Assembly: GCA_018824765.1 (NCBI GenBank)
Contig: JAHJFW010000077.1
Span: forward strand, 1 to 25,585
DNA from: Patescibacteria group bacterium
GTDB lineage: Bacteria; Patescibacteriota; Patescibacteriia; 2-12-FULL-60-25
Direction of reading: 5' to 3'
Length of the DNA stretch: 25,585 nt
Shown: one piece after another, positions 13,962 to 22,582 of the stretch
Layout: every line of letters begins with the position of its first letter
Numbering within the stretch: position 1 is the first letter of the stretch
Translations under genes and position numbers: made by a program
Notes under the pieces: model-generated
The model's database searches: none
What the model was told of the DNA's origin: nothing
The model's input: the letters and a program-made list of their open reading frames with translations, nothing else

Positions 13962-14765
13962 TTATTGGATGGTGAATACAAGCCTGGTTGTCGAGCTGGA
14001 ACCTTTATATTTCGCCGTAATATCAATATTTATCGTGCTGCCGGCGGGTACGGTTTCCGGCAGCGACAATCTATTAACATACAGCTCTCCGGTTGAAGAC
14101 GCCGTTGCAATTTTATCTCCTTCCGGATAATGAACAACGGCTGAAACCTCGGCGTCTTTTACGCTTCCGCCTTTTTGATCATTGACGATTGAGAATATTT
14201 CCATTACTTCGCCGGCCATTGGAAAAGAATTGGATAAACGCGCGCTCACGCCAATGCTTTCAATCTCGGTTGAAGAAGCTTGCGAGGCTTTTAAATCGCC
14301 TTTCGTCGCATATGTCCCAGTTGAAACAGGCGGGATGGCGAGCGGCGGCAAATCTTCTTCAGGCACAATGATCTCTTCTCGTTCGTCAACCGTACAATCT
14401 TTTACATTCAGACGCCGAGCCGGAGAAGCGCGGCGATCGCCCAGCAAGGCACGCAAAGAAACCTTTTCTCCAATCTCCGTTTTTGGCAGATTGCTAAACT
14501 CAAAAACGCCGTCACCGTCAGCCGACGCCGAACTAACTGGTAAACCCCACTCATTAAATATTACGATTGACGCATGCGGGTATGTTTTTCCCTTTATAAA
14601 AATTTCATTGCCCGCTCCTTTGAATTCCAAAATTTTCGGCATGGGCAAACTCAAAATATACGTGCCCGCCAAAAAACCTATGCCACAAGCCAAAAAAACA
14701 GCTATGGCAATTTTTAAATCAAAAGCGTCCAGCACCCGACTGAACAATTTTTTCAGCTTCTCCAT
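13962..14765 (-). CDS. Hypothetical membrane-anchored protein with probable Ig-like beta domains
   Basis: One N-terminal TM segment followed by beta-rich segments. Start placed at MEKLKK, overlapping the end of the femABX gene. Confidence 0.75.
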   Translation of the reverse strand: MEKLKKLFSRVLDAFDLKIAIAVFLACGIGFLAGTYILSLPMPKILEFKGAGNEIFIKGKTYPHASIVIFNEWGLPVSSASADGDGVFEFSNLPKTEIGEKVSLRALLGDRRASPARRLNVKDCTVDEREEIIVPEEDLPPLAIPPVSTGTYATKGDLKASQASSTEIESIGVSARLSNSFPMAGEVMEIFSIVNDQKGGSVKDAEVSAVVHYPEGDKIATASSTGELYVNRLSLPETVPAGSTINIDITAKYKGSSSTTRLVFTIQ

Positions 14766-15775
14766 CCTAATCGGTAAAAAATTAAACGGTATAAAGGCAA
14801 GTTTAACGGCAAATCCCAAGTTCCGTAAAGATCCAGCCTCTCCCCTCCCCAACCCTCCTTAAAACGCGTAATCCCCTCCCATGACCGTTTATAGGCAAAA
14901 GCTCCTTTTGACAAAGGGTTGATCCCCCAAAAATCATAATACGAATATCCGTCGCGTTTGGCTTGCAAGATCGCATCCCAATGCAAAAGATAGGGTGCCA
15001 TCAGTTGCCTGTCTCGCGAAGAAGATGCGCCGTGCAAATAAGTTACAGTATCTTCGCAGAGCATCTCCAAATTCGCGGCCAGCACCTTGCCTGCGCTAAC
15101 AGCCAGCCGCAAGCGCGCTGTGCCGGCAGCAATCCCGTTTTCCGCCAGTTTCCGCAAATACTCGCGGTCATGCTGGACGAATTTATCGCGTTTGGCCGTC
15201 TCATCCATCAAATCCAGAAACGCGTCCATGTCTTCCGTCTTTTCCACCAGCCGCACCAAAACTTTGCCGCGCTCGGCAACACGTATGTTGTAACGGGTTT
15301 TTTGTTTCAATTTTCCTGATATCTCCGCAATCGAAGGCGTCAAATCCAAAATCATGGTAGATGCCGGATTGGCCGAAAAAATCCTGCGCATAGACAATGG
15401 CATTAAGCCTTCTGGATGCCCCAAAGCTGCCAGCGGTTCAAACCGCCAAAATAATGCTCTGGCCATTTTTTGGCGTTTAAGATTCTCCAATAACGTTTGA
15501 AAAATTTCGCGCTTGTCATCGTCGCCTACATGGCGTGAAAAAACCGGGCCACGCGGCGCAAACCAGTAACCGCCGACGAATTTTTTCGGACGAAATTCCA
15601 TCTGCACTGCCGCAAGCCAAGCGCCGGCCTCGTCAACCAAAGCGAAACGCCGGACGTCCAGTCCGCACGAACGCCTGAATTCCCCCCACTTCCACGCTTG
15701 GGTGAACTGCGCGAATCGCTGCGCGTTTTGAAAATCATCCCAGAGCTCGGGTTTTGTGATTTCAACCAATTTCAT
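14753..15775 (-). CDS. FemABX/FemX-family peptidoglycan peptidyltransferase (lipid II aminoacyltransferase)
   Basis: FTQAWKWGEFR, YWFAPRGPV, LKQKTRYNIRVAER, YLHGASS, APYLLHWDAILQAK..G...YDFWGI, GITRFKEGWGG. Confidence 0.9.
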   Translation of the reverse strand: MKLVEITKPELWDDFQNAQRFAQFTQAWKWGEFRRSCGLDVRRFALVDEAGAWLAAVQMEFRPKKFVGGYWFAPRGPVFSRHVGDDDKREIFQTLLENLKRQKMARALFWRFEPLAALGHPEGLMPLSMRRIFSANPASTMILDLTPSIAEISGKLKQKTRYNIRVAERGKVLVRLVEKTEDMDAFLDLMDETAKRDKFVQHDREYLRKLAENGIAAGTARLRLAVSAGKVLAANLEMLCEDTVTYLHGASSSRDRQLMAPYLLHWDAILQAKRDGYSYYDFWGINPLSKGAFAYKRSWEGITRFKEGWGGERLDLYGTWDLPLNLPLYRLIFYRLGWRS

Positions 15776-16329
15776 TTTGAAACATTTTTTAAAATAAAGC
15801 GTATGCGCTCGGCTGTGTCCGTAAGCGAAGGGTCGAGATTTTTCAAAGCTTCACGCGCCTGACTGGAATTATACCCAAGCGACAAAAGCGCATCCAAAAC
15901 CTCGCGATCCTGCGGAGCGGTTTCCTTTTCTTCAATCAAACGACCCTTTAATTCAAGCACCACCTTTTGCGCGGTTTTCGTTCCGACGCCGGGCACTGAA
16001 GTCAGCATTGAAATATCACCGGCCATGACGGCATTTTTGACTGACTGGAACGAACCGGCTGACAAAATTGTCAGGGCGGCTTTCGGCCCGACGCCTGAAA
16101 CTCCGATCAATTGCCTGAAAAAATCCAGCTCTTCAGCCGTCCCAAATCCGTACAAATCCCTTACATCTTCCCTCACATGGTCATGAATATATAAAAAAAC
16201 TTCTGCGCATGCCTGCAAAACAGCCAAGGCCGGCAAACTCAAAGAGACGGCATAGCCAACGCCCTGTACTTCCAAGAGAATCGAGGACGCGCGAACTTCT
16301 AAAATCTTTCCGCGGAGTGATCCGATCAT
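15772..16329 (-). CDS. ruvA: Holliday junction branch-migration protein RuvA
   Basis: MIGSLRGKI, VQGVGY.V, HVRED..DLYGF, LIGVSGVGPKAAL, VPGVGTKTAQKVVLELKG, ALLSLGY. ATGA overlap with femABX. Confidence 0.97.
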   Translation of the reverse strand: MIGSLRGKILEVRASSILLEVQGVGYAVSLSLPALAVLQACAEVFLYIHDHVREDVRDLYGFGTAEELDFFRQLIGVSGVGPKAALTILSAGSFQSVKNAVMAGDISMLTSVPGVGTKTAQKVVLELKGRLIEEKETAPQDREVLDALLSLGYNSSQAREALKNLDPSLTDTAERIRFILKNVSK

Positions 16330-16335
16330 ATGAGT

Positions 16336-16364
16336 ATGCTATGTCAAAATACGCTTCCTGTCAT
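16336..16364 (-). promoter_or_regulatory. Leaderless-type promoter for ruvA
   Basis: ATGACA, 17 nt, TAGCAT, 6 nt, ATG. Confidence 0.55.
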
Positions 16365-16406
16365 CTAATGATTCTTGTATTCTACTTAAACTTGCAACAC
16401 TCGCTT

Positions 16407-16526
16407 TGTCATCCCGACCGAAACGGAGTTTAACGGAGTGTAGTGGAGGTATCCCTTTCCGTCCGCTACTTTGAGAGACTAAAAGGGATTCCTCCGCTCC
16501 TCGCGGACTCGTCGGTCGGAATGACA
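16407..16526. mobile_element. ~120-bp CGTC/GTCAT-type REP doublet (MITE/REPIN-like, non-autonomous)
   Basis: Outer inverted repeat TGTCATCCCGACCGA / TCGGTCGGAATGACA (14 of 15). Inner inverted repeat GTGGAGGTATCCCTTT / AAAGGGATTCCTCCGC (14 of 16). Confidence 0.7.
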
Positions 16527-16595
16527 TGAAATTCCGCTTTCCCCGCTGTTGCAATTTTTTTAAATTTCAAAATTGATTGGAATGTTGTGCGACAA

Positions 16596-16632
16596 TAAAA
16601 AAAACGGCTCAAGATATTATCTGGAGCCGTTT
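16596..16632 (-). terminator. Intrinsic terminator after the kinase gene
   Basis: Minus strand reads AAACGGCTC-CAGATAATATCTT-GAGCCGTTTTTTTT. Confidence 0.75.
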
Positions 16633-16643
16633 GAAGAAAAGGG

Positions 16644-18179
16644 CTACTTTGGCGGTTCCCTGCCGCCGGTCAGAGCCTCGTACTGCTTGAAGAAGGTTTC
16701 CGCCTTCTTCGCGTTTTTTTCCCGGGCAAAGCATTCGGCGACCCGATACTGCGGATTGGGAAAATTCGGGTACTTGGCCGTGATGTAGAGCAAATCCATC
16801 TTGATGCCTTGCCCGCATGGGAAATGCTTGGGCAGACGCTGGAAGTTCTTGTCGGCGTTATCGAAGCGCCGGCGATCCGGTGGCGGCAGCTCGTCTGCCG
16901 CAGTCAAAACCACGGCTGTTGGTGAGGCTTCGACTTGAGCCGGCGTGTTTGCAGGCGCACTCATCGCGAGCTTGGTGCTGCCAGAGGCAGTAGCGCGGCT
17001 GTCCTTGGCAATCGTTGCTGTTTCATCGCTGCCATGCAGCCATCTGGCGGCAATTACAGCGACAATGACGGCTAAGACTGCCAAGAAGACATAGTTGAAG
17101 TAAGCAATGCCCTTCGGATCCTTGGCCGCTGGCTTTGGTTGTGCTTGCGATGCGGGCGGACTTTCCGCTCCTGGCCGGCTGGCAACGCTCTCTCTCGCCT
17201 TCGGCGCCGGCTTCGTTTGCAGACTTGGAACGGACACGCGCTCCTTCTTCATTATCTCGCGGAAGCGCTGCAGGGCTTCGCCTGCGGTTTGGATGCGGTT
17301 TTCCGGATTCTTTTCCAGCAGTGCCAGAATCCACTTCTCCAACTCCTTGTCCATGCCGCCTGCAAATCTGCTTGGATGCTTGCTCTCTGCCAAAGGCTCC
17401 TGCAATTCGTACAGGTACTGCATCTGCCGCATTTTACGCACCTGAATTGTCGGCTTGCCGGTTACCATTTCGTAAAATACCGTGCCTAACGCATACAGGT
17501 CAGAACGGCTGTCGATATCGCGGCTGTTAAGCTGCTCCGGCGACAGGTACTCGGGAGTTCCGAGCATCACCCATTCTTCGGTCAACTGATTGCCCGCACA
17601 AAGCGTTTCCGACTCGCAGTCATCCAGCACCTTGACGATGCCGAAATCGGACAACTTTACGATCATGTGTCCGTTTTCGAGCCGACAAAAGATGTTCAGC
17701 GGTTTGATGTCGCGATGGACAAAGCCTTTCTTGTGAACCGCTTCGACACCCAAAAGCGACTGTTCAACGATTTCCGAAAAGAACGGCTGCCGGATTAGCG
17801 AAACGCCGATGTGTGCGCCCTTGGCAGCCGCTCTCCGCTCTTCAATGAGCTCGGCCAGCGTCTTGCCATGGAAGTACTCCATCACGAAGAACGGCACGCC
17901 CATGGACTCATCAATGCCGTGATCGAGATAGCCGACGATGTTCGGATGCCGGAGCTTCTTCAGCACCTGCATCTCGCGGCCGAAACGCTCCGGCGCTTTT
18001 TCCGTGTCATAAATCCTAGGATGCGGAAACTTGACCGCAACCTTGCGCTTGTCGCGCTGGTGGTCGAGTGCGGCGTAGACCATTGCCATGCCGCCTTCGC
18101 CCAACTCTTCAATCAATTCGTAGCGCCTTACGCCGTCGTCGGTTTCGATGAACCTTCTCACGAAAGAAGTTCCGTTCAT
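16644..18179 (-). CDS. Hanks-type Ser/Thr protein kinase with TM helix and C-terminal extracytoplasmic domain
   Basis: LGEGGMAMVY, VAVK, HRDIKPLNI, DFG, GTPEYLSPEQ, SDLYALG; TM YVFLAVLAVIVAVIAARWL. Confidence 0.93.
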   Translation of the reverse strand: MNGTSFVRRFIETDDGVRRYELIEELGEGGMAMVYAALDHQRDKRKVAVKFPHPRIYDTEKAPERFGREMQVLKKLRHPNIVGYLDHGIDESMGVPFFVMEYFHGKTLAELIEERRAAAKGAHIGVSLIRQPFFSEIVEQSLLGVEAVHKKGFVHRDIKPLNIFCRLENGHMIVKLSDFGIVKVLDDCESETLCAGNQLTEEWVMLGTPEYLSPEQLNSRDIDSRSDLYALGTVFYEMVTGKPTIQVRKMRQMQYLYELQEPLAESKHPSRFAGGMDKELEKWILALLEKNPENRIQTAGEALQRFREIMKKERVSVPSLQTKPAPKARESVASRPGAESPPASQAQPKPAAKDPKGIAYFNYVFLAVLAVIVAVIAARWLHGSDETATIAKDSRATASGSTKLAMSAPANTPAQVEASPTAVVLTAADELPPPDRRRFDNADKNFQRLPKHFPCGQGIKMDLLYITAKYPNFPNPQYRVAECFAREKNAKKAETFFKQYEALTGGREPPK

Positions 18180-18214
18180 CGCCTGTTTCCTTTCAGTAAG
18201 TTGTCAAAGTCCCC

Positions 18215-18269
18215 GATTCATTATGAATCAGTAACAGTTTAAAATATAGTAAAATCGGCATTTTGTCAA
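18215..18269 (-). promoter_or_regulatory. Possible kinase promoter with a downstream operator-like palindrome
   Basis: TTGACA (18269-18264), 17 nt, TATTTT (18246-18241); palindrome GATTCAT-N-ATGAATC (18215-18229); SD AAGGA 8 nt before the ATG. Confidence 0.45.
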
Positions 18270-18327
18270 TGCTGTCGATGTCCTACGTCGGATATAGAAC
18301 GTCGGGAATTAATTCGCAAATCAGGGG

Positions 18328-21273
18328 CTAAATCCGGCGCAGCCCCAGCTTTACCTCAATATCGCCCAATTTTATCTCTGACGTATACGTGAAATCAACA
18401 GCTGACGTCGAGACAATCTCAAACTTTTCAGCCCGTATCTCCCGCATAATCTGCTCTTTTGCTTGTTTTAATAATTCCAAAATCTCCTTATCTTTGACAA
18501 CCGCTACAGCCTCAATGCGGTCATCCGGCACCAACTCCGCCTGCTTGCGCAGATTCATAAATTGCCGCGACAACTCGCGCAACATACCTTTCTTCTTAAG
18601 TTCCGGGGTCAACTTTGTATCGAGCTCTATTATCCACTGTTCCGGTTCCGCTATATCATTCTGGCCGCCCTGTAGTAGAACTGATTCCACATTCAATTCG
18701 TCGCGTATCAATGCGATCAAATCCTGCCTGTTTTTCAAACGTTCAGCCGCAGAATTATCGCGCATCACTATCGTAAGCGAAGCAAGCGCCTGCCTTACCG
18801 GAATCTTGGCGGTTGCGCGCGCCTCCAGCCCGCGGCTTGCAACCTCGCGCGCCCACTCCATATCTTCCAATAGCTGTACGTCGAGTAGCCGCTCATCAAG
18901 CTTAGGCCAGCGCTCCAAGTGCACTGACATTTTCGAACCTTCCAAATCCTGATACAGCCGCTCGGCGAAAAACGGTGTGAATGGCGCCATCACCGTGCTC
19001 AAATCCAACAGGATTTCCCGCAATGTCCGCAAAGCGTCCTGCTTGTCATATTCATCATCGCCTTTCATCCTGTCGCGCGAACGCCTAAGCCACCAAGTCG
19101 AAAGATCGTCCACAAAGGGGCGGATGGCGCGCGCCGCTTCAACCAAATCATAGCCATCCATGGACTCGGTTACATCTTTATTCAGCTTCATGAACCTTGC
19201 AAAAATCCAGCGGTCCAAAATATGCGCTGAACGAGGTTTTACCAACGCGTTTTTATCGGTGCCGGCATACAGCAAATAAAACGCGCGCACATTCCATAGT
19301 ATTTGCAATAAGAGCCGCTGGAGAAGCTCGCAATCCTTATCAACAAAATTCAGATTCTCCGCCCTGATAACCGGCGAAGACAACAAGTAGTAGCGCAATG
19401 CATCAGCTCCTACATTAGTAATCAGCTCCCACGGATCAGTGTAGTTCTTTAATTTTTTTGACAACTTTTTCCCATCCTCGGCCAAAATCATACCGGTTAC
19501 AATTACGTGTTTGGCGGAGGCCTTGTTAAACAGCGCCGTAGCAAGGACATGCATGCTGTAAAACCAGCCGCGCGTCTGATCCTGCGCTTCGGCAATGAAG
19601 TTCGCCGGAAAATTATCATCAAACCATTCGGTGTTTTCAAAAGGATAATGCGCTGACGCATAGGGCATACTGCCTGATTCAAACCAGCAATCAAACACCT
19701 CTTTGATGCGCGCCATGCGTCCGCCGCAAGCGCAGGTAAATTCAATCTTGTCTATCTCGGGCCGATGCAGATCGGGTTTGGATGGTAATTTTTCAACCGC
19801 CGCTTTTTTCATCTCCGCGATCGAACTGATAATTTTGCGCTCATGACAGGATTCGCACTCCCAAACCGGCAATGGCGCGCCCCAAAAACGCGTGCGCGAA
19901 ATGCACCAGTCCGGCGCGCTCTGCAATCCCTTGCCGAAACGACCTTCCTTCAAATGTTCCGGATGCCAGTTAATCTTCTTCGCCGCCTCCAGCAGTTTGG
20001 GTTTCAATTTCGTGATATTCACAAACCAAGCCGATTGCGCCTTATAAAGCAACAATGTATTGCAACGCCAGCATACCGGAACGCTGTGAATTATCTTGTC
20101 TTCATCAAATAACAATCCGCGCGCCTTTAAATCGTCGATTATCTTTTGGTCTGATTCCTTAACTGGCAATCCCGCGAACTTCCCCATCTCCGGCCGTTGA
20201 CAGCCTTCGCCGTCAGTCGTCATCAATACTGACAAATCGTATTTTTTAGACGCGTTGAAATCATCCTCGCCAAAAGCCGGCGCAGTATGCACCAAGCCGG
20301 TACCCTCCTCGGCGCTGACATAGTCCGTAGCAATCACGCAATGCCCCTTTTTATCCAACGGCAAAAATGAATAAAGCGGCTCATATTCCCAGCCAACCAT
20401 GCGCGAGCCTTTGATGCGTTCCAAGATTTCAAAAGACATTTCACCTTTCAAAGGAAAAAACCTTTTCAAGACATCGTCTTTCCTATCCTTTGCAAAAATC
20501 ACTTCTTCGCCGGTTTCTTTCATCCTCACTTTGCAATACTCAAGATCCGGATTAACCGCAATGGCGGTATTTGCAAGCAATGTCCATGGTGTTGTCGTCC
20601 ACGCCAAAAGATACGTATTCTCCATCCCCTTAACCTTAAACTTAACGGTGATTGCCGGATCTTCGCGATCCTCATATGAATCTCCCATCGCGATTTCAAA
20701 ATTTGACAGCGGCGTTGCGCAACGCGGGCAATACAGAGAAACGCGAAGGTCCTTATAAACATACCCTTTGCGGTGCAGCTCCGAAAATATCCACCACACA
20801 GACTCGATGTAATCGTTGTCCATGGTCTTGTATGAATGTTCAAAATCCACCCAGCGGCCAAGGCGCTTGATATACCGGTCCCATTCCTGCTCATAGGTGC
20901 TGACAGATGCGCGGCACGCCTGATTGAATTTATCGATGCCGTACGCTTCGATGTCGCGTTTGGAAGACAGGCCCAGTTTCTTTTCGATCAAATTCTCGAT
21001 CGGCAACCCATGGCAATCCCACCCCCAGCGCCGCGGCACGCGATATCCTTGCATAGTCCAATAACGCGGCACCACATCTTTAATCGTGGATTGCAGAAGA
21101 TGCCCGTAATGCGGCAAGCCCGTGGCAAACGGCGGACCGTCATAAAATACGAAAACTTTGTTCTCCGGCCGCTCTTCAATAGACCGCTCGAAAATCCGCT
21201 TTTTCTCCCAAAAAGCGGAAACCTCTTCTTCCATTTTTGGAAAATCCGGACGTGATGATTTTGTGTCGCTCAT
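18328..21273 (-). CDS. ileS: Isoleucine--tRNA ligase, type 2 (IleRS2)
   Basis: FYDGPPFATGLPHYGH, GWDCHGLPIE, WTTTPWTL, GTGLVHTAP editing domain, DWCISRTRFWG, and a KMSKS variant KLSKK. Confidence 0.98.
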   Translation of the reverse strand: MSDTKSSRPDFPKMEEEVSAFWEKKRIFERSIEERPENKVFVFYDGPPFATGLPHYGHLLQSTIKDVVPRYWTMQGYRVPRRWGWDCHGLPIENLIEKKLGLSSKRDIEAYGIDKFNQACRASVSTYEQEWDRYIKRLGRWVDFEHSYKTMDNDYIESVWWIFSELHRKGYVYKDLRVSLYCPRCATPLSNFEIAMGDSYEDREDPAITVKFKVKGMENTYLLAWTTTPWTLLANTAIAVNPDLEYCKVRMKETGEEVIFAKDRKDDVLKRFFPLKGEMSFEILERIKGSRMVGWEYEPLYSFLPLDKKGHCVIATDYVSAEEGTGLVHTAPAFGEDDFNASKKYDLSVLMTTDGEGCQRPEMGKFAGLPVKESDQKIIDDLKARGLLFDEDKIIHSVPVCWRCNTLLLYKAQSAWFVNITKLKPKLLEAAKKINWHPEHLKEGRFGKGLQSAPDWCISRTRFWGAPLPVWECESCHERKIISSIAEMKKAAVEKLPSKPDLHRPEIDKIEFTCACGGRMARIKEVFDCWFESGSMPYASAHYPFENTEWFDDNFPANFIAEAQDQTRGWFYSMHVLATALFNKASAKHVIVTGMILAEDGKKLSKKLKNYTDPWELITNVGADALRYYLLSSPVIRAENLNFVDKDCELLQRLLLQILWNVRAFYLLYAGTDKNALVKPRSAHILDRWIFARFMKLNKDVTESMDGYDLVEAARAIRPFVDDLSTWWLRRSRDRMKGDDEYDKQDALRTLREILLDLSTVMAPFTPFFAERLYQDLEGSKMSVHLERWPKLDERLLDVQLLEDMEWAREVASRGLEARATAKIPVRQALASLTIVMRDNSAAERLKNRQDLIALIRDELNVESVLLQGGQNDIAEPEQWIIELDTKLTPELKKKGMLRELSRQFMNLRKQAELVPDDRIEAVAVVKDKEILELLKQAKEQIMREIRAEKFEIVSTSAVDFTYTSEIKLGDIEVKLGLRRI

Positions 21274-21281
21274 AATAATCT

Positions 21282-21310
21282 ATGATGCGCGAAAAAAATG
21301 GCAGGGTCAA
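21282..21310 (-). promoter_or_regulatory. Near-leaderless promoter for ileS
   Basis: TTGACC, 17 nt, CATCAT, 8 nt, ATG. Confidence 0.5.
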
Positions 21311-21332
21311 GGGAGCGGAGGATTCTCAAGTT

Positions 21333-21412
21333 CTCAGGACTCAGGGCTCGGGGCTCAGATCTCAGTTCTCAGTGCTCAGTTCTCAGTGCTCGGGGCTCAG
21401 GGCTCGGGGCTC
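21333..21412. repeat. Tandem array of 11 CTCRGNN heptamers in the divergent ileS-rpiB spacer
   Basis: CTCAGGA CTCAGGG CTCGGGG CTCAGAT CTCAGTT CTCAGTG CTCAGTT CTCAGTG CTCGGGG CTCAGGG CTCGGGG CTC. Confidence 0.92.
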
Positions 21413-21414
21413 TT

Positions 21415-21443
21415 TGGACTTTCTTTTCCGCGGGAAGTAAAAT
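21415..21443 (+). promoter_or_regulatory. Leaderless-type promoter for rpiB-rpe
   Basis: TGGACT, 17 nt, TAAAAT, 6 nt, ATG (21450). Confidence 0.6.
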
Positions 21444-21449
21444 ACTCAC

Positions 21450-21881
21450 ATGACAAAACTTATTCTCGGCGCGGATCATGCGGGGTTTGAACTTAAAGAG
21501 AAACTCAAAAAATATTTGACCGCGCAAAAATATAAAATCCAAGATCTGTCGCCGGAATTTATCGCCGACGATGATTATCCCGAGATTGGTAAACGCGTGG
21601 CGCGAATGATTGCGAAAAATCCGCTAGCGCGAGGCATTCTGATTTGCGGCAGCGGGGTCGGAGTCACGATCGCAGCCAACCGCATAAAAGGGGTGCGGGC
21701 TTTTGATGCGCACTCGGTCGAAGAAGTGAGGCTGGCGCGCGAGCACAACAATGCGAATTTAATCACGTTGTCCGGTTGGAGTATGGATGCGCGCTATGCG
21801 CTGCAATTGATTGCCGCCTTTTTATCAACTCCCTTTTCAAAAGCCGCACGGCACCACCAACGTGTAAAACAACTAGGATGA
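21450..21881 (+). CDS. rpiB: Ribose-5-phosphate isomerase B family protein
   Basis: GADHAGFELK, GILICGSGVG..IAANRIKGVRA, AREHNNAN, FSKAARH..RV. Confidence 0.93.
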   Translation: MTKLILGADHAGFELKEKLKKYLTAQKYKIQDLSPEFIADDDYPEIGKRVARMIAKNPLARGILICGSGVGVTIAANRIKGVRAFDAHSVEEVRLAREHNNANLITLSGWSMDARYALQLIAAFLSTPFSKAARHHQRVKQLG

Positions 21882-22513
21882 ATCAACTCATTCCAGCGAT
21901 TCTCGCACATGACGAAAAAGAATTCCGCGAACGCGTTGCACTCTTGGAAGCGGATTTTCCTATGATGCAAATCGACATCATGGACGGTGCATTCGTCCCG
22001 AACCGCACGTGGTTTGACATTTTGAAACTTCGCGGGTTGAAAACAACCGCGCAATTCGAACTCCATCTCATGGTGATGGATCCCGGACATTATATTGAAG
22101 AAGCCTCGGACATTGCTTCGATTACGCGTTTTATCTGGCATCTGGAAACACCAATCCATCACGATGCGCTCATCAACAGAGTCCATGCCTTAAACAAAGA
22201 AGCCGGACTGGCGATTTCTCCGGAAACGCCGCTTGAAAAACTTGCTCCGTATGTCGAGTCGCTTGAGGAAATCTTGGTGATGGGCGCGACCCCGGGATTT
22301 TCAGGGCAAAAACTCAACCATCAAAATATAAAACGCGCCGAACAAATACATTCGAAGTGGCCGTCAATCCCGATCGGTTTTGATATCAATGTGAATGTCG
22401 ATACCATTCCACTTCTCAAAAAAGCCGGAGTTACGCGCTTTTGCGCGGCAAGCGCGATTTTTGGCTCAGAGGATCCGCTCGCAGAAGCATTAAAGTTGCA
22501 AAGCCTCCTCTAA
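21878..22513 (+). CDS. rpe: Ribulose-phosphate 3-epimerase family protein
   Basis: IPAIL, QIDIMDGAFVPN, ELHLMV, AGLAISPETP, MGATPGFSGQK, SAIF. ATGA-coupled to rpiB, so the start is 21878. Confidence 0.88.
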   Translation: MNQLIPAILAHDEKEFRERVALLEADFPMMQIDIMDGAFVPNRTWFDILKLRGLKTTAQFELHLMVMDPGHYIEEASDIASITRFIWHLETPIHHDALINRVHALNKEAGLAISPETPLEKLAPYVESLEEILVMGATPGFSGQKLNHQNIKRAEQIHSKWPSIPIGFDINVNVDTIPLLKKAGVTRFCAASAIFGSEDPLAEALKLQSLL

Positions 22514-22582
22514 GAATGATCGGGTGTTGGACATTCGACTAAATAGGACGCGAACGTGAATTTTTGTTATCATACTTTCAAT

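Noticed and set aside
18276-18297. Degenerate palindrome CGATGTCCTACGTCGGATATAG after ileS
   Set aside because: Only 8 of 11 arm positions pair and there is no second copy in the window.
18328-21273. IleRS as a mupirocin hyper-resistance variant
   Set aside because: The signature is the ordinary IleRS2 HYGH, not an altered xxHH motif. It is probably the housekeeping copy.
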